A stretch of DNA of 22,097 bases from Candidatus Heimdallarchaeota archaeon (GTDB lineage: Archaea > Asgardarchaeota > Heimdallarchaeia > Heimdallarchaeales > Heimdallarchaeaceae): NCBI GenBank assembly GCA_019057815.1, contig JAHLWR010000034.1, positions 1-22,097 on the forward strand, given 5' to 3'. The position numbers were made by a program, and so were the translations under genes. The stretch's first letter is position 1, and every line of letters starts with the position of its first letter. Under the pieces are notes generated by a model, which was given only the letters and a program-made list of their open reading frames with translations, ran no database searches and was not told the DNA's origin. Positions 8,659 to 15,209 of this stretch are shown here, piece by piece.

Positions 8659-9531
8659 CTAAGTTATTGATAAGCAATATACTGCTGAATGACTTGAGGT
8701 GTCTATGGATTTAATATGAAAACTATTGTTCCTTATTATTTTCTTCAAATCATCAGGATTAATAAACTCCCTTATATTTCTATAAATTTCCCTTTCTTTC
8801 AATTTGTATTCTCGTGTTAGTCTATTGTATAAGGAATAAGTGATTGCTTGCATACCATAGTCCTTCTTAACTGCTGGAAATTGATAATGTTCTCCAGCGA
8901 TAATATCTTCACCTAGTTCTATTAATAACTCTCCACTGTGATTCTCCCTTAAATTTTCTGAATTGTACTTGTTATCAGCTGCTTTTGGTTTGTAGGTTGA
9001 AAAAATCCAAAATCCATTAGGGTTCAAGTGTTTCCTAACAGCTGAGAATAAATCTTCCAACATTGAAATGGGAAAACTGGGGAATGTATTCATTGATAAA
9101 ACAATTAAATCAAATTGCTTTTGATACATATTGTTGGTTTTTAAGAAATCATCAAAAAGAATATTGCAATTCTCTAGCAGTGAGTGTTTTTTTGAATAAG
9201 CTTGGAAGTATTTCTTACAGTGTTTACAAATCTCAATTCCAAACAATTTTGCTTTTTTAGTTTGTTTTTCGTTTTCTGCTGCAATCTTGTTTAGAACTCG
9301 TCCATATGCTGTACCAATCTCTAGTATTGTTTTTGGATTGTTATCAAATATGAATTGAATCTCGGGATCATATCTTTTAGCATGGTTTTTTCTTCTTCTC
9401 CAGAAAACATCTGCCCAAAGCTCTGAAGAATGTAAATCGCTCCTTATATCTGAAATTGATTCGTTTTTCATTAAAAATCCAAAGTCATACAGTCTCTGTA
9501 ATTCAGATTCGATTTCATCCTTAGAATACAT
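8659..9531 (-). CDS. Class I SAM-dependent methyltransferase
   Basis: Motif I ILEIGTAYGR, LFGIEI, FDLIV, HLNPNGFWIF. Confidence 0.82.
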   Translation of the reverse strand: MYSKDEIESELQRLYDFGFLMKNESISDIRSDLHSSELWADVFWRRRKNHAKRYDPEIQFIFDNNPKTILEIGTAYGRVLNKIAAENEKQTKKAKLFGIEICKHCKKYFQAYSKKHSLLENCNILFDDFLKTNNMYQKQFDLIVLSMNTFPSFPISMLEDLFSAVRKHLNPNGFWIFSTYKPKAADNKYNSENLRENHSGELLIELGEDIIAGEHYQFPAVKKDYGMQAITYSLYNRLTREYKLKEREIYRNIREFINPDDLKKIIRNNSFHIKSIDTSSHSAVYCLSIT

Positions 9532-9588
9532 ATAGTCTCAATGATTGTGATAATATATTAAATCATCCCATCAGAAACTCTGTTTTCC

Positions 9589-9642
9589 ATAGAAAAAGTC
9601 AAAAAATTGATAGTATAATCTCTAAACTTTAATACACCTCTT
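9589..9642 (+). promoter_or_regulatory. Direct repeat P2 containing the putative smsC TATA box (TTTAATA 9628-9634)
   Basis: TATA-like element ends 24 nt before the ATG at 9659, consistent with a leaderless archaeal mRNA; duplicated at 6068-6122. Confidence 0.6.
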
Positions 9643-9658
9643 TTACTGGATTTATGCA

Positions 9659-10402
9659 ATGAATTTATTAGAGGTAAAAGACCTATCTCTCGTTATTGAT
9701 GGTAAAACTATCTTTAAAGAGGTGAATTTCAAGATATTAAAAGGTGAAATCCATGCTCTTATTGGTGTTAATGGTTGCGGAAAATCTTCTATCGCTAGCG
9801 TTCTTATGGGCTTAGTTTCTCCAACAAAAGGATCAATTTTCCTTGCTGGTGAAGACATTACCAATCTTTCTATAACTGATAGGGCAAAACGAGGATTAAC
9901 TTTAGCTTGGCAAGAACCTACACGCTTTGAAGGGATATCAGTTAAACAGTATTTGGAACTTTCTGGGAAAACAAAAGATATGATACAAATAAGAAATGCT
10001 CTAAATACAGTTGGTTTATTGCCTTCTTTGTATCTTTCAAGAAAAGTTGACAAGTCACTTTCAGGTGGAGAAAGAAAAAGAATAGAACTAGCATCTGTTT
10101 ACTTGTTAAAACCGAAGATAGCGATTTTAGACGAAATAGACTCTGGTGTTGATTATGTTGCCATTGAAAAGGTTCTTGAAACAATTAAAACAATATCTAG
10201 TAAAGGGAGTGTTCTCTTAATCACTCATCAAGATGAATTTCTTAAAATAGCCGATGTAGCGACCTTAATCTGTAATGGTATTGTTCTTCGAACTGGTAAT
10301 CCTAATGAAATAAGTAAATACTACAAATATGAATGTGCTTTCTGTGATGACGAGGAGAGAAGAAAGAATCCATTGGAGGAATTTCTGAATGTCACTGGAT
10401 AG
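9659..10402 (+). CDS. sufC: Fe-S cluster assembly ABC ATPase SufC/SmsC
   Basis: Walker A GVNGCGKS, WQEP, LSGGERKRIELA, LDEIDSGVD, ITH, C-terminal C-x20-CxxC (IC...ECAFC). Confidence 0.9.
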   Translation: MNLLEVKDLSLVIDGKTIFKEVNFKILKGEIHALIGVNGCGKSSIASVLMGLVSPTKGSIFLAGEDITNLSITDRAKRGLTLAWQEPTRFEGISVKQYLELSGKTKDMIQIRNALNTVGLLPSLYLSRKVDKSLSGGERKRIELASVYLLKPKIAILDEIDSGVDYVAIEKVLETIKTISSKGSVLLITHQDEFLKIADVATLICNGIVLRTGNPNEISKYYKYECAFCDDEERRKNPLEEFLNVTG

Positions 10403-11339
10403 AAGAAAAGAATTTGAGATGCTAATGGATGTTTTGGGGAAAGAAGGTGGAGATTCCGAAGCGATTAAGGAAAATCTTGGTGCAAGTATGGTTCTCAACA
10501 AAGATGAAGTCATTCACGTTAATAGTACGAAAGGTGTTATAATCACTTCAGAGAAAATTCAAGATGGTATTAAAGCTCATATCAGAGTTGTAGATAATCA
10601 TAAAGAGGAAAAGCCTGTTCATCTCTGCTTTGGTATGCTTCCGAAAGAAGGAAGACAAGTCATTGAATCTGTTATTATCATAGGAAAAAATGCTAAAGTC
10701 AAAATTATGAGTCATTGCATTTTCCCAAATGCAGTAAATATTGAGCACATAATGGATGGTAAATTGATTATTGAAGAAGGAGGAGAACTCATCTATGAAG
10801 AGGAACACTTCCACTCAGACACTGGAAAAATCAAAGTCGTTCCTAAATTTGAAGCAATCGTGGAAAAAAAAGCTAAGTTTTTCAACAATTTCTACCTCAA
10901 AAAGGGTAAGGTTGGAGAACTATACATTGACTATCATGTTAAATTGAAGGAATCAGCTGTTACCGAACTAACTACTAAAATCTATGGTAAAGAAGATGAT
11001 TTTATCGAAACAAAAGAAAAGATATCTTTAGAAGGAGAAAACGCAAGAGGATTAATTTTGGGCAGGATTGTATTAAAGGATAGAGCTCAAAGCAAGTTTA
11101 TTGGCATAACAGAGGGTTTAGCTCCTAATACAAGAGCCCATGTTGATTGCACAGAAATAATCATGGATCAAGCTAAAGCTTCCGCAATCCCAGAAATTAT
11201 TTCTCATCATCCATCTTCGAAGTTGACACATGAAGCAGCTATCGGACAAATAGATCAAAAACAATTGCAAACATTGATGGCAAAAGGATTAACAGAAGAT
11301 CAAGCGATAGAAATTATAGTAAACGGAATTCTCTCATAA
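10389..11339 (+). CDS. sufB: Fe-S scaffold SufB/SufD-family protein (SmsB)
   Basis: PVHLCFG, SHCIFPNA, RAHVDCTEI, LTHEAAIG...LMAKGLTEDQAIEIIVNG; overlaps sufC. Confidence 0.9.
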   Translation: MSLDRRKEFEMLMDVLGKEGGDSEAIKENLGASMVLNKDEVIHVNSTKGVIITSEKIQDGIKAHIRVVDNHKEEKPVHLCFGMLPKEGRQVIESVIIIGKNAKVKIMSHCIFPNAVNIEHIMDGKLIIEEGGELIYEEEHFHSDTGKIKVVPKFEAIVEKKAKFFNNFYLKKGKVGELYIDYHVKLKESAVTELTTKIYGKEDDFIETKEKISLEGENARGLILGRIVLKDRAQSKFIGITEGLAPNTRAHVDCTEIIMDQAKASAIPEIISHHPSSKLTHEAAIGQIDQKQLQTLMAKGLTEDQAIEIIVNGILS

Positions 11340-11351
11340 ATTCCTTTTCAA

Positions 11352-11765
11352 CTAGTCTTCGATATGTATTTCAATAAATTCATAAGAGAGAATAGCCTTA
11401 GCTAATTTTTCTCTTATTGTTTTTAAATATCTCCAGACTGATGTTTGCGATATATCAATCTTTTGAGTAATTTTTAGCTTTTGAGCTATCTCATCTTGAG
11501 TTAAATTTTCAATGTCAGACATTTTAAGAATTTGAAGTTCAAAACTTGATAATTCTATGATTCCTTTAACAGCAAAGAGATTTCTGTCAAAATCCATTGA
11601 GCGTGCAACCGGTGGGCGACCTCTACCTCTTCTTCTACCCATCCCTCTACCCATCCCTCTACCGTCATAAGGACGACCATTATAACCTCTATCAGAACCG
11701 CGCAACCTGTTAAAAAAGGGACGATTATCAGCGTCACTGTCTTGATTATCTCGGTTGTTTTCCAA
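11352..11765 (-). CDS. DUF134 (UPF0251) HTH protein with Gly/Arg-rich N-terminus
   Basis: GRPP...ELSSFELQILKMSDIENLTQDEIA...SQTSVWRYLKTIREKLAKAI; TTG start supported by AGGTG 7 nt upstream. Confidence 0.75.
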   Translation of the reverse strand: MENNRDNQDSDADNRPFFNRLRGSDRGYNGRPYDGRGMGRGMGRRRGRGRPPVARSMDFDRNLFAVKGIIELSSFELQILKMSDIENLTQDEIAQKLKITQKIDISQTSVWRYLKTIREKLAKAILSYEFIEIHIED

Positions 11766-11815
11766 GCTATTACACCTGTGTAGAGAAATAAAAAAGATAA
11801 GAATTTAAAAAGATT

Positions 11816-12202
11816 TCATTGTTTATCTTCAGTTTTTATTGATTTGAGATATTCAATATCTTTTTGAAACGATTCTACCTGTTTCTCAATCCAGGAAATT
11901 TCATACTCTATAGTCTCTGCATTTAATGGTTTTCCAGCTACATCCCATCTAGCATCAACAGGTGGTGAATATATTCCTTCTTCAGATATCTGAGATTGAT
12001 ATTCTGGATTTACCCACCAACCTCTTGGGCGATCTGGGAACCAATCACAGTTTGGACTTACGAATCTTCTCCCATAGCCTCTTCCACCGTAAGCAGCATA
12101 ACCTCTTCCTCTTCCATATCCTGGACCATATCCTGAACCATATCCATATCCATATCCTGGACCATATCTCATAAATCTACGTCTTCCAAACATTTCAATC
12201 AC
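11816..12202 (-). CDS. DUF5320-like Gly/Tyr/Arg-rich protein with C-terminal coiled coil
   Basis: (GYG)n/GRG repeats, CDWFPDRPRGWW, C-terminal EISWIEKQVESFQKDIEYLK; alternative ATG start at 12193. Confidence 0.65.
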   Translation of the reverse strand: MIEMFGRRRFMRYGPGYGYGYGSGYGPGYGRGRGYAAYGGRGYGRRFVSPNCDWFPDRPRGWWVNPEYQSQISEEGIYSPPVDARWDVAGKPLNAETIEYEISWIEKQVESFQKDIEYLKSIKTEDKQ

Positions 12203-12274
12203 ATTAATGAATTATTACTCAATATTAATTAAAACGTTTCAGTATTTAAACTTTTGTTTTTGAATATTAACCCA

Positions 12275-12799
12275 TTAATCCAATTTGTACTTCTTCTCCC
12301 ATGCAGAAATTTCTACATCAAGAACATTTTCGTAAGGTGTTAATGGGCAAACCCAGCGATCGCTATATGCACAGTAAGGGTTGTACGCTGTATTGAAATC
12401 TAGAACATACTCATCATCTTTGACAGTTTGAATCTCGATATATCTACCAGCTTCATATGTTTCTCTCCCAGTAGTCTTATCTTTAAATGGGATAAAGAAG
12501 TAATCAGAGTTGGGTTGTTTGAAGACGGTTAGATTTTTGAGAACTAGTGGAAGCATGAATTCAACATATCCAAAACGTATGTAGTCTTGCAAAGGCCCTT
12601 TAGAGGTAATGATTTGAACTCTTCGTTGCTCTTGATATTCTTTTAATTCTACAACAAAACGGAAATCTTTGTTTATTGAGAAGTAATTTAGTCCTTTAAA
12701 ACTCACTTTATCTGTTTCATTCAAAGGTGCATGTGGAGAGTATTTAAAAAAATCGTCTTTTTCTTCACGAGCTTTGAGGATATCTTCTTCATAAGTCAT
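12275..12799 (-). CDS. DUF1684 domain-containing protein
   Basis: REEKDDFF, FKGLNYF, PFKDKTTGRETYEAGRY, LDFNTAYNPYCAYSDRWVCPLTPYEN. Confidence 0.9.
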   Translation of the reverse strand: MTYEEDILKAREEKDDFFKYSPHAPLNETDKVSFKGLNYFSINKDFRFVVELKEYQEQRRVQIITSKGPLQDYIRFGYVEFMLPLVLKNLTVFKQPNSDYFFIPFKDKTTGRETYEAGRYIEIQTVKDDEYVLDFNTAYNPYCAYSDRWVCPLTPYENVLDVEISAWEKKYKLD

Positions 12800-12917
12800 T
12801 TTGAACCGCTATAAATCATTCTTTTAATATTTTATTATATGTTCTTTCAAAAATCTTTAATATACTTCAATTCAAGTTTTAAAGGACGATTATCTATAAC
12901 ACAGGATCTCGATATAG

Positions 12918-13811
12918 ATGGAGAAAAAAGAAAATAATTTTTTATCACAAAATCAAACATCTTCGAGTAACTTCAGTTGGATACTTGACGAATTACCTTA
13001 CGGAATATCTGTACAAGATACAAATCGTACTATTCTATATGAGAATAAAAAAGTAAAAGAGCTTTTAGGAACATATATGGGAAAAAAGTGTTTTAAGAGA
13101 TGGACCTATATTCCAGGTGAAGGTCAAGCTCCTTGTCGGGATTGTATGATGGCATTAATAATTAAAGACAAAACCGAGCATAAAGTTTTTCGACGAACAA
13201 TTAACAAGCAAGGTGAAGAAATGTTCCTAGAAATCCATCATATCCCCCTAGTTGAAGAAAGCGGAGAAGTTAATCTATATATTCAAATAATAGAAGTATG
13301 TACAGTACTCGACAAAGGAAAAGTTCTCTCTATTCAGACACCAGAACAAGTGCTAGAAAACGTACAATTCTCTATTGTTCAATTTGGTGATTTAGGGGGA
13401 GAAATTGTTACAACAGACAAACTTTCATTTGTTGAATCTAATAAACTTGAGGAATTTCTAATTAAGATAACAGTTTACATCTTTGGAGGGTTGATTCAGG
13501 GAGTTGAAGATCAAACAGGATTGTTTGGACCGCTTCCTGTGTTAGATAGAACAGAATATGAAATGCTTGCTTATCTTTTCCAAATACGTAATGATTTAGC
13601 TTTAGATCCAAGAAAAAGGGGGATAGAAAGATGTATGTTGTTAATATTTCTGAAAAGGGAATACAACTTTATTTTTGAAAAAAGGAAATTGATTGCTAAT
13701 TTCTTAGCTGAAAAAGTTGATGAGTGGGGCATTCTGCAAAATATTTCTCCTAAAGAACATGAGATATTTGCAACTGAGTTACGTAGTTTATTGAAACAAC
13801 TAATAATGTAA
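12918..13811 (+). CDS. PAS-domain protein with C-terminal longin/uDENN (folliculin-like) domain
   Basis: N-terminal PAS: ILDELPYGISVQDTNRTILYEN...GKKC...PCRDC. C-terminal: FSIVQFGDLGG, GLFGPLP, FQIRNDLALDPRKRGIER. Confidence 0.7.
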   Translation: MEKKENNFLSQNQTSSSNFSWILDELPYGISVQDTNRTILYENKKVKELLGTYMGKKCFKRWTYIPGEGQAPCRDCMMALIIKDKTEHKVFRRTINKQGEEMFLEIHHIPLVEESGEVNLYIQIIEVCTVLDKGKVLSIQTPEQVLENVQFSIVQFGDLGGEIVTTDKLSFVESNKLEEFLIKITVYIFGGLIQGVEDQTGLFGPLPVLDRTEYEMLAYLFQIRNDLALDPRKRGIERCMLLIFLKREYNFIFEKRKLIANFLAEKVDEWGILQNISPKEHEIFATELRSLLKQLIM

Positions 13812-13896
13812 ATAGATTTTTAGCGTATTTACTAATGTCTTTAATCTTTTTCTGTTAAAGGATTAGGTTTATTAAACAATCTAAGAAAAATAACCC

Positions 13897-14832
13897 ATGA
13901 AGTATGGTTATTACGTCAGAACAGTTCATACTTACCCTGAAATACGCGATTTGACGTTAAGAGCTGAAAAACTAGGTTTTGAATCAGCTCATGTAAATGA
14001 TCATCTGATCGGTTTTGATGAAGAGAAAGATAAGAAAGAACCTTATCTAGAAGCTTTGATGTTGATGGCTTCATTGGCTATTGAGACTGAAAAAATCAAA
14101 CTTGGTCACATAGTTTTATGTAACTCATTCAGAAATCCTGCGTATTTAGCTAAAATGGTCTCAACATTGGATCACATTTCAAATGGTAGAGCTCTCTTGT
14201 GGCTCGGTGCTGGGTGGTATGAAGAGGAGTACAAAGCTTATGGATATCCTTTTCCCTCTGCAAGGAGACGAGTTGATGAGCTTGAAGAATCCCTTACGAT
14301 TTACAAAAAACTATTTACTGAAGATGTGACTACTTTTGAGGGTAAAATATGGAAACTGGATAATAATAAGAACTATCCAAAACCCTTTCAAAAGCCCTAT
14401 CCTCAAATCGTTTTAGGAACTACTGGAAAAAGAATGACTGAAATAGCTTGTAAAGAAACTGACGGAATTAATCTACCTTATGTTGTACCTGATGAACTTC
14501 CCAAGATTATAACAAACATCAATAAACTTCTCTCAAAATATGACAGAGATAAATCTGAATTTGAAATATCCTATTTCAACACGATTACGCTTGTTAATAG
14601 TCAAGAAGAACTAGATTTTTTGATAGAAAAAATCATCAAAAAGGCACCAAAGGATAAAAAACCCACTAAAGAAGATATTTTAAATAATCAATTCTTAGGG
14701 TTCCCAGAAGATATAAAAGATAAAGTCGAGAAAATTGAAGAGATGGGAATTGAAAAAATGGTTATAGCTGTTAGAAAATCGGAATCAATAGAGGATCCCT
14801 TGAAAGTGTTTGTCGATAAAGTGATGAAATAG
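13897..14832 (+). CDS. LLM class flavin/F420-dependent oxidoreductase
   Basis: RAEKLGFESAHVNDH, FRNPAYLAKMVSTLDHISNGR, LGAGWYEEEYKAYGYPFP, PKPFQKPYP. Confidence 0.9.
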   Translation: MKYGYYVRTVHTYPEIRDLTLRAEKLGFESAHVNDHLIGFDEEKDKKEPYLEALMLMASLAIETEKIKLGHIVLCNSFRNPAYLAKMVSTLDHISNGRALLWLGAGWYEEEYKAYGYPFPSARRRVDELEESLTIYKKLFTEDVTTFEGKIWKLDNNKNYPKPFQKPYPQIVLGTTGKRMTEIACKETDGINLPYVVPDELPKIITNINKLLSKYDRDKSEFEISYFNTITLVNSQEELDFLIEKIIKKAPKDKKPTKEDILNNQFLGFPEDIKDKVEKIEEMGIEKMVIAVRKSESIEDPLKVFVDKVMK

Positions 14833-14843
14833 GTGTAAAGAAA

Positions 14844-15086
14844 ATGATCAGAATAATCTTCAGTAGATTACAAAGAGTTATCAAAGAAACGGTTGATGTG
14901 AGTAAAGCAGATCTTACCTTCTATACACATTTTAAGGATGATTTGGATATGAGTAAGGATGATTTGAAACTTTTTGCAAGGAAAATTACAGACGAGTTTA
15001 ATGTAGATATACCTAAGAACTTTTTCAAAGAATTTGAAACAATCGGAGAATTAGTAGGATTCATCGAAGCAGAAAAAGGAAGATAG
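14844..15086 (+). CDS. Acyl carrier protein-like protein lacking the canonical DSL serine
   Basis: 80 aa; FKDDL...ITDEFNVDIP...FETIGELVGFI parallels ACP FVEDL...LEEEFDTEIP...ITTVQAAIDYI; AGGTG upstream, 11 bp after the LLM stop. Confidence 0.7.
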   Translation: MIRIIFSRLQRVIKETVDVSKADLTFYTHFKDDLDMSKDDLKLFARKITDEFNVDIPKNFFKEFETIGELVGFIEAEKGR

Positions 15087-15209
15087 AAAAAATCTTTTTT
15101 GATAAATCTATCATTAAAACGCTTTAATGCTTTCGATTATTCTATTCTTGTTTTTTTGATCATATTCGGTATTTTAGTAAGAATTATAAATTATGAATTT
15201 TTTGCTTAA

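Noticed and set aside
8659-8661. Genome-wide TAG recoding
   Set aside because: TAG terminates other genes at plausible family lengths (LLM at 14832, ACP-like at 15086, DUF134 at 11352); no internal TAGs are needed to complete any conserved gene.
5230-9531. SagB-type dehydrogenase + methyltransferase as an azole RiPP cluster
   Set aside because: No YcaO/E1-like cyclodehydratase or Cys/Ser/Thr-rich precursor; stand-alone SagB-like nitroreductases are common in anaerobes.
6068-9642. IS/transposon or provirus call for the repeat-bounded block
   Set aside because: No transposase, integrase, terminal inverted repeats, tRNA target or viral genes are visible.
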